Below, piece after piece: positions 9,904 to 20,158 of a stretch of DNA of 64,000 nt. The notes beneath the pieces were generated by a model. The model was not told where the DNA came from and ran no database searches. It saw only the letters and a program-made list of their open reading frames with translations. The DNA is taken from positions 64,001 to 128,000 of IMG/VR virus record IMGVR_UViG_3300036766_000678, one strand, 5' to 3'. The position numbers and the translations under genes were made by a program. The DNA comes from a virus. The stretch's first letter is position 1. The number at the start of each line of letters is the position of its first letter.

Positions 9904-11382
9904 TTATGCTACTGAAATTGCTAATGTGCCTGGAGTGGTATAGGCTAATTTTCCGATTATTAGGCGTTGCGACGGTGGAATAGTGGTAGTGGTTGCCCCA
10001 ATAGTGGATGAAACAGTGAGTGAGTCAATTAGTACGGCATCAACTCCAGGCACCAACTCCTCGATCACGACCACATCACTTAAATCAATGACCGCGCCAA
10101 GTCCAAGTCCATTAATATATAGGCTGAGCGCAGTCTGTACATCTGTGACTACATTAGCGGAAATAAATCCTGGCAATACTAAAATTGAATTCGTAACCGA
10201 AATGAACGCTTCTAAAGCCTCTTTTACAAGTATGTCTGAAGCAACAATATGATTAGAATCATTATTAAAAAGGGCTTGAAGTGTCTCAATCAAACTATCA
10301 TATGTATAAGAAATTGTAATAACTGTATTATTATCTGGATTAGTACCTGCTGGAATCCATTCAATATAACTAGCTGCATCTGTACTACCTGCAAATAAAG
10401 TGTTTGGATTCTCCACAAAATTATAATCTACGGTTGGAGTAAAAACATGACCAGAAACACTTGCCACTACACCAGTAACAGATCCAACTGATAAGGCAGG
10501 TTGATGATTTAATATAAAAGATTGTGATCCTGTTGTTGAATACATTGGAGTATCAGAAACCGTTGTTAAAATTTGACCCTTAATATAAACATCGACAGAC
10601 CCACCAAATTGATCTCGTTGCATTTCAGGATCATTGGGGCCAACTACAATAGCTTGTTGCACACTTGGGTTTGTATTTACTAAAGAGATAATTCCATTAG
10701 GAGTACCAACATTGTTACCCTCCAGTTTAATCTGTATACGTGCTGCAAAGGCTGTGTTACTTTCAATGTCAGTGCCTCCTGTGGTGGAGACCGTGTTTAT
10801 TACACTGTCAATACCAGGAACAGAAGATACAAGAGAAGTAATTGTCTGTGCTCCAACGTTGCCCACAATTCCGATTGTTTGACACGATATTGTAGTTGAC
10901 TGTTCATAAAAACCTGAAACTGGGTTAAAGTAGCTGGGCGCGAGAGAAGGAGTAAATGTTACTCCTGCTGTAGTAGCAAAACTAACAGCGGGAGATTGCG
11001 AAGTTGCTAAAGTAGAAACTGTTGTTCCAGCATTAACGTTAATAATTGGGCTACTGGTAGTATATGTTCTAATTCGGAATGTAATATTTCCAACAGAAGC
11101 ACTTCCTGAATTTCTGGTCAATCCATAATTAAGTGCTAGGTTGTCCAAATCTGAGGGTGTAAGAATTGCTGCGTTAACAGCGAAACTTTGGACATCCTGA
11201 GTATATTGAATTGACGAAAAAACTGACTGAGAAGTTCCATCTTGTGCCGATAACTGATTGGCAACAGTGCTACAAATTACGTCCGAAACAACACTCCCAG
11301 AATTTGTTGCAATATTTGGACGCTTAGTTTGCAAAAATGAAAGCATCGAATTTAAAATTTGCGAAAATGTTGGAAGTGCCAT
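9904..11382 (-). CDS. Baseplate J-like protein
   Basis: LDNLALNYGLTR..A.G.ITF; G..GNV.A.TIT; GGTDIES...RI; G.VDVYI. Confidence 0.85.
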   Translation of the reverse strand: MALPTFSQILNSMLSFLQTKRPNIATNSGSVVSDVICSTVANQLSAQDGTSQSVFSSIQYTQDVQSFAVNAAILTPSDLDNLALNYGLTRNSGSASVGNITFRIRTYTTSSPIINVNAGTTVSTLATSQSPAVSFATTAGVTFTPSLAPSYFNPVSGFYEQSTTISCQTIGIVGNVGAQTITSLVSSVPGIDSVINTVSTTGGTDIESNTAFAARIQIKLEGNNVGTPNGIISLVNTNPSVQQAIVVGPNDPEMQRDQFGGSVDVYIKGQILTTVSDTPMYSTTGSQSFILNHQPALSVGSVTGVVASVSGHVFTPTVDYNFVENPNTLFAGSTDAASYIEWIPAGTNPDNNTVITISYTYDSLIETLQALFNNDSNHIVASDILVKEALEAFISVTNSILVLPGFISANVVTDVQTALSLYINGLGLGAVIDLSDVVVIEELVPGVDAVLIDSLTVSSTIGATTTTIPPSQRLIIGKLAYTTPGTLAISVA

Positions 11383-11392
11383 AATATTATCC

Positions 11393-11869
11393 TTAAATGT
11401 TTCCTATTTCTATACCTGTTGTGATTTCTTGCCCTGAAGCACTTATAATTGTTAACAATGAACTAATACTAGTTAACCCCGAAATGTTCGTACTTAACGA
11501 ATGGAGTGTCTGTACAATCTCAGCAGGATTTGATCTATTTTGGGTAAGAAGGAAAAGTATCTGAAGGGCAGTTGTTATTTGATCTTGTACTGTTGCAGAT
11601 AACGTGTTTGGATTTAATTTATTGCCTATTAATACCTGTAAAGTTGTGCCATATAAAGGAAATAAAATATTAGCCCCCTGTTCTGTAAGGAGCACCTTCT
11701 GGACATCTTGTGTAGTTTCTTCAAGACCTGTTACTAAACTAAAATCTTGGTTTGGCCCTATTTGAAGATCATTTGTTCCTTCTCCAAAAAAGCTCTGGAT
11801 TCCAGGCAACGGCTGTGGAAAGTTTGGCCCCACAGGATTTGTTAATGTTATAAGTTGTAAGTCACTCAT
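11393..11869 (-). CDS. Baseplate wedge protein, gp25/gpW-like
   Basis: Q...LLTEQG...FPLYGT.L pattern; directly upstream of the J-like gene. Confidence 0.7.
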   Translation of the reverse strand: MSDLQLITLTNPVGPNFPQPLPGIQSFFGEGTNDLQIGPNQDFSLVTGLEETTQDVQKVLLTEQGANILFPLYGTTLQVLIGNKLNPNTLSATVQDQITTALQILFLLTQNRSNPAEIVQTLHSLSTNISGLTSISSLLTIISASGQEITTGIEIGNI

Positions 11870-12555
11870 TTTTTCCTCTTCTTTTTATCTTTTAATCTAA
11901 ATTTTTCTAAAAGCTTACCGTACCATTCTGAAACTTCTAGTAAATCACAACTATTACTTTTTGAAAAATTATCATGAGGAATCAAATATTGAAGATTCCA
12001 TGATACATGTAAACCAGAAATTTCATCCCCAAGTAAAGGAATATAATGATCTCCTTGCATTCCATCTGGTTTATTTATATAAAATTCATTTATTTTATTC
12101 CAATCTGTCCAAGCTACAACTCTAAGTTGCCTATTTGTTTCAGATTTTATTTTAGTTGCCTTAACTGATTCAGGATGCTTTTTTCTCCATTTTCGAACCT
12201 TTTCATTTACATGTTCTTGATGTTCCTGAACCCATTCTTTAGATCTTTTTAAACATTCTTCTCTATGACTCTTATAATAATCTCTATTCTTTTTATTAAT
12301 TTCATCTCTATGTTCTTCAATATATTCATGTTGTTGTTCGAGTATTTGGTCTCTTTTTGCCTCATATCTTTCTTTACCATATGCTATAATTTCTTTTTGA
12401 TGCTTTTCTTTATATTCTTGTTGTAATTCTCGGTTACATTCAGTACACATACCATTTTTAACTCTACCAACTATAAAGGTATCATGGCCATGCACACAAA
12501 ATTGTTTCAGAGGATTTTTACTTCCTTTTGGCCTACCTACTTTCTTTCTAGTCAC
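11866..12555 (-). CDS. HNH homing endonuclease with CxxGH module
   Basis: C-terminal DHYIPL.G..SGLHVSWNLQYL...N..K.N; N-terminal FCVHGHDTF..GR....C..C. Confidence 0.85.
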   Translation of the reverse strand: MTRKKVGRPKGSKNPLKQFCVHGHDTFIVGRVKNGMCTECNRELQQEYKEKHQKEIIAYGKERYEAKRDQILEQQHEYIEEHRDEINKKNRDYYKSHREECLKRSKEWVQEHQEHVNEKVRKWRKKHPESVKATKIKSETNRQLRVVAWTDWNKINEFYINKPDGMQGDHYIPLLGDEISGLHVSWNLQYLIPHDNFSKSNSCDLLEVSEWYGKLLEKFRLKDKKKRKK

Positions 12556-12566
12556 TTACTTTCTCC

Positions 12567-13076
12567 TTAAGAATTCGAACAAACCGAATCAATATTATCT
12601 AAAATTGTTTGGGCTTGGTTTACAAATGCCTGTAACTGTATTACATAATCTGAAATTGTATTCCTTACATACTGCCTTCTATTATATTCATTAATCAAAT
12701 TCTGTAAACCTGCCAAAAATTTTGTCACAGAACCACCAGCAGGAATTCCTGGAATAGTAGGCATAGCATTTTCAGCTCGCTGCAAAAGTTGGGTAATAGC
12801 GGGACAAGTAGCATATCCAGACATAGGACCAAAAACCACATTAAGATCTGACTGAATCTTATTCTTTATTGTTGCTACTGTTTGAATTTCTAATTGAACA
12901 AAAGCATTTATAATATCAAGGGCTATAATCTCTGCTCCTAATGCTGCAATTGCTCCATTAGCCAATAAAATCTGACTATTCAAAAAAGTTTTAAAAGTAC
13001 TTCTTAAAATAGCATTTTGACAGAGGATAGTTTTAATAAATTGCACTACACATTGAGCAAGAGCAGGAGTAGGCAT
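12567..13076 (-). CDS. Hypothetical baseplate-region protein
   Basis: 169-aa ORF with RBS inside the baseplate cluster. Confidence 0.5.
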   Translation of the reverse strand: MPTPALAQCVVQFIKTILCQNAILRSTFKTFLNSQILLANGAIAALGAEIIALDIINAFVQLEIQTVATIKNKIQSDLNVVFGPMSGYATCPAITQLLQRAENAMPTIPGIPAGGSVTKFLAGLQNLINEYNRRQYVRNTISDYVIQLQAFVNQAQTILDNIDSVCSNS

Positions 13077-13081
13077 ATTCC

Positions 13082-14203
13082 TTATCCCCCTATAAAAACA
13101 GATGTACTACCAGACGAAATCTTAGATGTTAAAGAAGGGGGGGCTATTGGTGATTGTGCTAAAAATGCTGTTCCTAATGCCCCTAATTGTGACTGTAACA
13201 CAGGACTTCCACCTTGAAACCCAGAAAGTGCTGTAAAAAATCCCTGTATTGCATTTATAAATTTCCAGTAAATTGGATCGACTACAAGAGCAGATGTTGT
13301 AGAATCAGTAATTCGGGCAGCACCCAATGTTCCAAAATTTATATCAATCGTACCAGTCCCAGATAAAGTGATATCTGCTATACTAGTAAAACCAGCACCT
13401 ATAACTTGCAAAGAACAAATTCCTACAGGAAGCATTGTAAGAGAACACTGAGAAATGCCCGTACCTACTATAGTATTTCCTAAAGAAAGATACCCAAGAG
13501 GGGTCATTTTTAATTCACAAATTGGAATAGGAGGTACAACACTTGGAAGCCCTGTTGGAAGAGCTATCTGAGTAGCAACACTAAGTCCCTCATCAATACC
13601 TGTAAGGATATTTCTTGTAAAATTAAAAGAACTCTGAGTATTTAAAATAGGATGTGGATTAGACTCAAAAAAACCATTATTACCAGTAAGAATTACCTCA
13701 TGATCATCATCTGCACTTGTCCCACCAACAATGAGCTTTTCCCCCATGGACCCAGAACTAATCTTAGCTACACCATTATTGCCTAAGAATAAACTGGCAC
13801 CAAAACCTGGAATTAATTGGCCTGTAGGAGAAAGAGGACCAGTGGATTCCATAAATATTTCACCATCTAAAATAGAATTAGAATGATTGGCAATATCTAA
13901 AGTAGGATCACCTGTAGAAGGAATAAAACCTGCGTATTGCTGATTGGCAGTAAGAAAATCAAAGGGTTCACGAAGAACAGAAATGATATATGCTGAATAA
14001 TCCTCTAATTGAAGTACTAAAACAATACTTCCAATCAAAGGAGCACTCTGATCTTTAAGAGCATTGGGTAATTGAACCCCTACCATGTTATACCCTTCTG
14101 GGATCTGCATCACAGTATATTGCCTAGGATTTACTTCATCTTTATTTAAAATTTGACCTTGGAAAATAGAATAATTACCATTAGGCATTTTATTTACCAC
14201 CAA
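13082..14203 (-). CDS. Putative baseplate spike/puncturing protein
   Basis: 373 aa, beta-rich, between the hub and gp25-like genes; inferred from synteny. Confidence 0.45.
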   Translation of the reverse strand: MVVNKMPNGNYSIFQGQILNKDEVNPRQYTVMQIPEGYNMVGVQLPNALKDQSAPLIGSIVLVLQLEDYSAYIISVLREPFDFLTANQQYAGFIPSTGDPTLDIANHSNSILDGEIFMESTGPLSPTGQLIPGFGASLFLGNNGVAKISSGSMGEKLIVGGTSADDDHEVILTGNNGFFESNPHPILNTQSSFNFTRNILTGIDEGLSVATQIALPTGLPSVVPPIPICELKMTPLGYLSLGNTIVGTGISQCSLTMLPVGICSLQVIGAGFTSIADITLSGTGTIDINFGTLGAARITDSTTSALVVDPIYWKFINAIQGFFTALSGFQGGSPVLQSQLGALGTAFLAQSPIAPPSLTSKISSGSTSVFIGG

Positions 14204-16358
14204 ATTTTCTTTCTAAATCTGCTAAAACTGGGAGTTGCTCAACATTAAGAACTACAATGGAATTATCTTGTCCAAGTAGAAATTCTGCATCTCGAACATA
14301 AGTAATACCAAGTGTCATTGTTGCTGTACCTGTTACAGAAATTTGTTTTGAAATATTAGAAATATAACCAAACCTATAATTTGTCTCATCTAAAAAAGTA
14401 TACCCAACATGTATAGATGGATCAAAATCACAAACAACTGTCATAGTTTTTAATCTGGCATTTAAAATTCTAAGAAGATATCTACAATACTCAAAAAGAC
14501 CATTAGTTTTATTATCATTAATTGAGGATTCGGTAGATTTTTTAAGATTAACATTTGGATTTGCTACGGTACTTGATTCAATAAGTCCAAATTGATCCAG
14601 AAGCTTGCCATCACAATATCCAAATTGTTCTAAATTACTAACTACTGGTAAACCATTTATTGAGAATCCAGTAAATAGTTTAGTAATTAGATTGTCTGTT
14701 GTTTCTGAATAAGTATTTGAAATTATATTTAAAGTGCTACTTCTAACCATACTCACGTCAAGCCTATTAGTTGCCGTCTGTTCTCCTTTAGGGTCAAAAA
14801 TTTTAGCATTATTATATTGTGGTGCCCTAATTAAAAATTGGCCATAGGAGGTTTCAAAAATCTCGACAAAAGTAATCTTTCGAATTTCTTCTAAAATTTC
14901 ATGCGGTGTTTTAAGATCGGGACTAAATTTTGTAGTAAAAACAGAATCCAAAAATTTAAAATAAGCTTGTAAACCCTGTACATCGACATCAAAAATTACA
15001 GGTGAAAAAGTATCTAAAGTACCGACTTGCCCTGATAATTTAGCTAACGCACTTTGAAATTGCTCAGGAGGAATTCCAAGATTAGTGGTTGTAAATCCAA
15101 CTTGTGACGAAATTTGAGAAGGTGCAGTTAAAGCAAAAGTAGTTATATCCTGTGGTTCGAGATATTCAAATGCCCTTCTTTTCATCACACAAGATAGCAA
15201 GTATTGAGGAATATTAAATAGATTTGCTGGATAGGTATTTCCTACAATTAAAGAAGAAATATTAAAAAAACTATTATCTAATGTTGTAACCCCATTAACT
15301 GTGCTTATATCATTAAAGTCAATTCTAAATACTAAATCAAATAAATCCCTTACAATAGCAGAAATTGGCTTACCAGCAAATACCGTTTGAAAACCAGAAA
15401 CTGCCTTTGCATTTAAAAGTTGCCCCTGCTGATATAATGCTCCAGTAAGATAAGAAGGCTTTATCAAACGTCTAGTACATCCAAATAATCTAGACCAGCC
15501 ATTTCCTGATAGCATAATCCTATCAACTTGATTGATAGCCCGAATAGGTGTCTTTTTAGTTACAAATCCATTAAGATCATTAGTAAAAAGAGGTTGACCA
15601 TTTAACATGGGAGAATTAAGAACAGTCTCATATTTAAAATTAGGATCATCTGGACTTAAGCCATTACCAGGGGGGGAAATAGTGCTTGTTCCTTGAACAA
15701 AAATTGGCAATGGATTATTAGGCAATGGTGGCTGATTTGTTGTAAAAGTTCCTACAACATCTGTTATTGGGGTAGTATTTTTATAAATATAGACGGAAAT
15801 AAAATCATACTCTTGAATCAAATCACTCAATCGTAATCCTGGAACCTGCGGTAATACACCAGTCAAGGCTGGATTCTGAACTGTAAGTCCTGCATAACCT
15901 TTACCCCTATTCTTTTTTGCAGAAATAATATTATCAATAGGTAATGTAAGATCCCTTAAAGTATCAGAATTTGCTTCATATACTGCCAATCTAGTAATTG
16001 AATCTGTTGACGTAGAAAAAGCAAGCCCTGTTGTTTTACCACCTTCGGGGGCTGGAACTTTTAATTTATTATCAATTGTTGAAAAGCTTAATGCTAAATC
16101 CTGTAACTCTAAATTCCAAGAATATGTAGTCTCATCTATATTTTGAGAAACACTATAAGAAACTACAAAAGGAGAAATATCATATTTAGTAAAATACAGA
16201 GTATCATTTAATACTGTCGCATAAGCATCAAATGAGACTAATCCAGGAACTGAGGGATTAGGATTTGATATAATAACAGGATCAAATGGGGGTGTATATT
16301 TATAAAGAAATACCTTTGTAATAAGATATTCTATGTTAGTTTGGTTATTATCAGCCAT
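14190..16358 (-). CDS. Putative baseplate hub protein
   Basis: 722 aa; C-terminal hub-like pattern (G.LIIRAP.Y; I.VG.; GYI.NIS..I); synteny. Confidence 0.6.
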   Translation of the reverse strand: MADNNQTNIEYLITKVFLYKYTPPFDPVIISNPNPSVPGLVSFDAYATVLNDTLYFTKYDISPFVVSYSVSQNIDETTYSWNLELQDLALSFSTIDNKLKVPAPEGGKTTGLAFSTSTDSITRLAVYEANSDTLRDLTLPIDNIISAKKNRGKGYAGLTVQNPALTGVLPQVPGLRLSDLIQEYDFISVYIYKNTTPITDVVGTFTTNQPPLPNNPLPIFVQGTSTISPPGNGLSPDDPNFKYETVLNSPMLNGQPLFTNDLNGFVTKKTPIRAINQVDRIMLSGNGWSRLFGCTRRLIKPSYLTGALYQQGQLLNAKAVSGFQTVFAGKPISAIVRDLFDLVFRIDFNDISTVNGVTTLDNSFFNISSLIVGNTYPANLFNIPQYLLSCVMKRRAFEYLEPQDITTFALTAPSQISSQVGFTTTNLGIPPEQFQSALAKLSGQVGTLDTFSPVIFDVDVQGLQAYFKFLDSVFTTKFSPDLKTPHEILEEIRKITFVEIFETSYGQFLIRAPQYNNAKIFDPKGEQTATNRLDVSMVRSSTLNIISNTYSETTDNLITKLFTGFSINGLPVVSNLEQFGYCDGKLLDQFGLIESSTVANPNVNLKKSTESSINDNKTNGLFEYCRYLLRILNARLKTMTVVCDFDPSIHVGYTFLDETNYRFGYISNISKQISVTGTATMTLGITYVRDAEFLLGQDNSIVVLNVEQLPVLADLERKFGGK

Positions 16359-16360
16359 AA

Positions 16361-16858
16361 TTAGAATTTCTGCAATAGGCTAGTAATTTTTGCATTAGCC
16401 TGATTTAAAGGAATATTTAAAATAGTCTGTAATCGACCAATGGCTCCTAATACAAGACCATTATTTGTAGTAGAAATAGAAAAATCTTCGATAGCAAACT
16501 CTTGACCCGTTAAGAGTTGAAAATTTAGTGTGTATGTAAATTCATTTAAATGCCCCGTAGAAGCTTCAACATCTAACAGAGTGATAAAACCTTGATAAAG
16601 ACGAGTTTTATAAAAAAGAGTACTCGACTTATTATTTTTTTCATACTGTTGCTTAAGGAATAAAAGTTCTTGATAAGCTGTTTGGCCAGCGGAAGCACCT
16701 GATAAGACAAGCATTTCAGGGGCATTATACCAAACTTGATATTGTACACCGCTCTGAGTTGGTAAAGGGGCAAAACTTACATTCTTTGTAATCTTCATGT
16801 TACGAGGATTTACAAAGAACCGAAGATTATTAAGAGTTAATGGGTATATAGAAGCCAT
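16361..16858 (-). CDS. Putative tail tube initiator
   Basis: F.VNP.N.KI..V...PT.SG..Q.W...L.LSG pattern; follows the tape measure gene. Confidence 0.55.
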   Translation of the reverse strand: MASIYPLTLNNLRFFVNPRNMKITKNVSFAPLPTQSGVQYQVWYNAPEMLVLSGASAGQTAYQELLFLKQQYEKNNKSSTLFYKTRLYQGFITLLDVEASTGHLNEFTYTLNFQLLTGQEFAIEDFSISTTNNGLVLGAIGRLQTILNIPLNQANAKITSLLQKF

Positions 16859-16869
16859 GTTATTTACCT

Positions 16870-18543
16870 TTATTTATGACGAGCCCCTTGCATACTACGA
16901 GCTACAGAAGTAGCTGTACCAATAACATTACCTGTTAAAAGATTTGATGCAATATCTGCTGCTGCCATACTTTTAAGAGGATCATTAAGAATTCCACTCC
17001 AAAGATTCAAAAGTTTGTTCTCAATAGTAGCCAATCCTGTTGTAGCATCTGTTAATGATTTTCGACCAGCTTCTTCTGCTTTAGCTGCTTCATTATCAAA
17101 TTGTGCCATCTTAGCTTGAGCCTCTTTATCAGTAATTCCAGGAGCAGACAAAGATTCTATCAACTCATCAAATTTGGGTATAAGACGCATGGGAAGATTG
17201 GGAAAGAATTGCTCTTGTAACTGACCTTTTACCATCATGGATTCAGTAGAGCCCTTACCAAATTGTGACGTAATGCCTTGTAAGAAACCCCCCATCAATG
17301 CTCCAGGATTTCTAAAGACATTTTGCATTTGCTTCTCATTGGGTAGTTCTCCACCATGAGTAAATGCAAACATTCCGGCTAATTGAGAGAATTTAAGGTT
17401 TGCAATTCCACCACCAATAGCTTCAGCAAATTCTCGTTTCTCTCTTGGTCCTTTTGTTACATCCTTTAAATATGAGGATAATCCTAACAAAGTAGCAGCG
17501 GCGGCGTGGCCATCTGTAGTAAAGGTACGAAAAGTTTTTGTCAAACTAAGGTATGCCTCAAGAGTATCTTTTTGATTAATATTAAACTCTTTTTGACTGT
17601 GGCTCATTTTCATGGCAGCTAATCGGCTGACAGTAAACACATTAGTTAATTCATCTAAATTAAGACCTAAATCCTTAGAATTTTTAGAAAACATTTCTAG
17701 TAATTCAGTAGAATTTGGCATGATATTACCAAACATAAATAAGGCTTTTTGAAACTTTTCGGTATTATCTGTGGCCTCACCTAATAAAGCAGGGGATTGT
17801 GCTAAAGCTCCAACTCCAGCACGTTGTTCTGTTGGGGATAATAATTTCTCAAACACCCCACTAAATAATTTGGTACGAAGATTTTCTACCCCCATACCTG
17901 TTGTCCCAATTATTGCACCAGCAGATACGAGTCCAGCAGCACTACGGGCCAATTCTGTTTGTCGTTCCTGATATGCCACTGTTGCTCTAGCAGCCAAGAC
18001 TATGGCAGTTGAAAAAAGAGTAACTCCTGAAGCGGTAGAAGCAATTAAATCACCAAAACCACTAAGAGCTGTGCCAACAGACGGTAATGCAATTCCTGCT
18101 GCTTGTTGTACACCACCAAACATTGTGGATACATTACTTAATCTACGCTCTCTACCTGCTTGTATTTCTATAAGATTTCTTTCTTTTTCTTTATATTCCC
18201 TTCTTGAAGCTTCAATTTTTTGGTTGGCTAAAGCTGCATCTTTAACTTCTTTTTGAATATTTTCTTCTTTTATTTTTTGTTCTTGCCGAAGATTGTTCAT
18301 GCTCTTTTCATGTTGTCTATCTAAAACTCCATAATAACTTTGGGCAAAATTTGTTGTTCTTTTCCAATAACTATCTGCTTCCTGCCCAAGCATTTTAAAT
18401 TGATTTTTTTGTAAGGCAATAACTTTTTCTAATTGACCAGCAAGATCCGCAGCAGCCCTTTGAGATGAACTCATATCTGGGGGGATGGGCCCACTACTTT
18501 GAAAAGGATTAGGTTGCCCCGTAGGGCCTATTGGATCTGGCAA
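16870..18543 (-). CDS. Tape measure protein (TTG start)
   Basis: 557 aa, helical and A/G/Q-rich, downstream of the tail chaperones; SD GAGG before TTG. Confidence 0.6.
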   Translation of the reverse strand: MPDPIGPTGQPNPFQSSGPIPPDMSSSQRAAADLAGQLEKVIALQKNQFKMLGQEADSYWKRTTNFAQSYYGVLDRQHEKSMNNLRQEQKIKEENIQKEVKDAALANQKIEASRREYKEKERNLIEIQAGRERRLSNVSTMFGGVQQAAGIALPSVGTALSGFGDLIASTASGVTLFSTAIVLAARATVAYQERQTELARSAAGLVSAGAIIGTTGMGVENLRTKLFSGVFEKLLSPTEQRAGVGALAQSPALLGEATDNTEKFQKALFMFGNIMPNSTELLEMFSKNSKDLGLNLDELTNVFTVSRLAAMKMSHSQKEFNINQKDTLEAYLSLTKTFRTFTTDGHAAAATLLGLSSYLKDVTKGPREKREFAEAIGGGIANLKFSQLAGMFAFTHGGELPNEKQMQNVFRNPGALMGGFLQGITSQFGKGSTESMMVKGQLQEQFFPNLPMRLIPKFDELIESLSAPGITDKEAQAKMAQFDNEAAKAEEAGRKSLTDATTGLATIENKLLNLWSGILNDPLKSMAAADIASNLLTGNVIGTATSVARSMQGARHK

Positions 18544-18602
18544 TGGAATTACCTCGGATTGTACTACGTTAGGTTGGAACTACAAAAATTAACAAACTAT
18601 TT

Positions 18603-18638
18603 ACTATATTTACTATATTTACTATATTTACTATATTT
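18603..18638. repeat. 4 perfect tandem copies of 9-bp ACTATATTT
   Basis: Read directly from the sequence; intergenic, upstream of the tape measure gene. Confidence 0.9.
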
Positions 18639-18663
18639 AAAAATTACAGGTTAAAGATATCTA

Positions 18664-18771
18664 TTACACAGGACCATTTGTAAATGGTATTTTTGAATCA
18701 AGTATAACACTTATTATACCTCCAACAATACACACCAAAGAAAAAAGAAAAAAAACTAAAGTGCTATCCAT
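18664..18771 (-). CDS. 35-aa single-transmembrane peptide (absent from ORF track)
   Basis: MDSTLVFFLFSLVCIVGGIISVILDSKIPFTNGPV; GGAGG SD; own sigma70 promoter. Confidence 0.6.
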   Translation of the reverse strand: MDSTLVFFLFSLVCIVGGIISVILDSKIPFTNGPV

Positions 18772-18808
18772 ATTAGTTACCTCCTGTTTAATTCTCTTAT
18801 CTATTTTA

Positions 18809-18837
18809 AGTATAACAGGAAAAGATAAGGATGTCAA
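18809..18837 (-). promoter_or_regulatory. Sigma70-type promoter
   Basis: TTGACA-17 nt-TATACT with TG extension. Confidence 0.75.
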
Positions 18838-18862
18838 AGGTTATTTTTGATGTTAAGGTAGG

Positions 18863-19563
18863 TTAAACTTTTTCAATACGATCTAACTCTTGATAATGTT
18901 CTGGGGATTCTAACATAGATTCAAGCTCTTCTGGACTATATTTATCTTTGAGTTCTTTTGGCATTTCTTCGAACATGAACGAATCTGTACTTTCAGTTCT
19001 TTCTACAACACTTTCATCAAACACTTTTTTGGCTGCTTCTGGATTGATAAATCGGGCGAGGAGTTTTACTTTATCAAAATCTTCTTGTTGATCTTTATGA
19101 TAATTGAGGAGAGTCCAATAGAATTCAGAAGGAGAGAGTGTGGCCACTTCAGGAGAGAACGGAGAAAGGTGTAAAGCTTTTGCTACTAACCACATTTCCC
19201 GAAAGGGGGGGTCATTTAAATCTTTTTTTTTAAAATGTCTAATGCTTCTTGTTGTGGCTGTGATAATTCATCAAAGGCTGTATAAATTTCATTAAACAAA
19301 GGCGTTTGAAGGTTTGAATAAAATTCTTTGGACTGTTCTAAGGTAACAGCTTCATTATTAATATGAGAAGTGGCATACATCAAGAAAGCCATCTGCATAA
19401 TTAAACCGCGATACGAGGCATCACTATTTAATGCACTAGGAATTTCTGCAAGTGCTTTCTGAGTTTCAAGTGTTGAAAGTGAATGTAATGTTACATTCAA
19501 ATCCTTTGTTACCTCTACTTGCTTTTCTACTTTTCCGAGACTCCCAAAGCTTTTTAAATCCAT
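18863..19563 (-). CDS. Tail assembly chaperone pair (G, 19216..19563; GT via -1 frameshift)
   Basis: Between tube and TMP; A-AAA-AAG slippery site at the end of the first ORF; the -1 frame (KDLNDPPFRE) is open into ORF 18863..19195. Confidence 0.8.
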
Positions 19564-19635
19564 ATCTTATCTCCTTTTAGCTCTTATCTTTTAGCTCTTA
19601 TCTTTTAAAACTAGTTTTAATTTTTAAAAAAATTA

Positions 19636-20157
19636 TTACACTACTGTTTTACTCGTGTATCCAAGATCAACATTTTCAATGACGCGGAGATCACCACCAG
19701 CGATATTATAACTTTTTGCGACTGAATGGACCCACAAACCAATGTACACAGTGGTTCGGGTACTTATCCCAGATCCAGCAGGTGCTCGTTCAACTTTAAC
19801 CATAGCTAAGGGGGCTGTGTTGTTTGTAATTTCATCAGCAGAAATTCCAAGAATATCTAGAATTGTAGAACTATACAAAACGGCCCTATCAATTCTAATG
19901 GAATACTCGTCAACCGTTCTAGGAAGACGCTCCACAGGAAGGCCCCCTGGATTATCTGCATCAAGCTCAAATCGAAAATCTGTATTACGTCTTTGAGTCT
20001 CGGTGAAGGTCTGAACAGCACCAATCTTCGTCGAGCCCTGAGCCAAGGCAAGAAGGGCAGCAGGATTATTTAGCGTCTGTTGGTCAAGCGATTTTGGTAA
20101 AACGAACAAGGATACGCTTGTAGCAAGCCTTGCATTAGTTGCGCCTAGATCAGCCAT
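19636..20157 (-). CDS. Tail tube protein
   Basis: 173 aa, between sheath and chaperones; beta-rich pattern. Confidence 0.7.
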   Translation of the reverse strand: MADLGATNARLATSVSLFVLPKSLDQQTLNNPAALLALAQGSTKIGAVQTFTETQRRNTDFRFELDADNPGGLPVERLPRTVDEYSIRIDRAVLYSSTILDILGISADEITNNTAPLAMVKVERAPAGSGISTRTTVYIGLWVHSVAKSYNIAGGDLRVIENVDLGYTSKTVV

Positions 20158-20158
20158 T

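Noticed and set aside
18596-18638. CRISPR array
   Set aside because: Contiguous 9-bp units without spacers; no repeat-spacer array seen anywhere in the window.
19565-19610. Short tandem TTAGCTCTTATCTT repeat before the chaperone start
   Set aside because: About two copies; looks like local duplication of the RBS region, with no further support for function.
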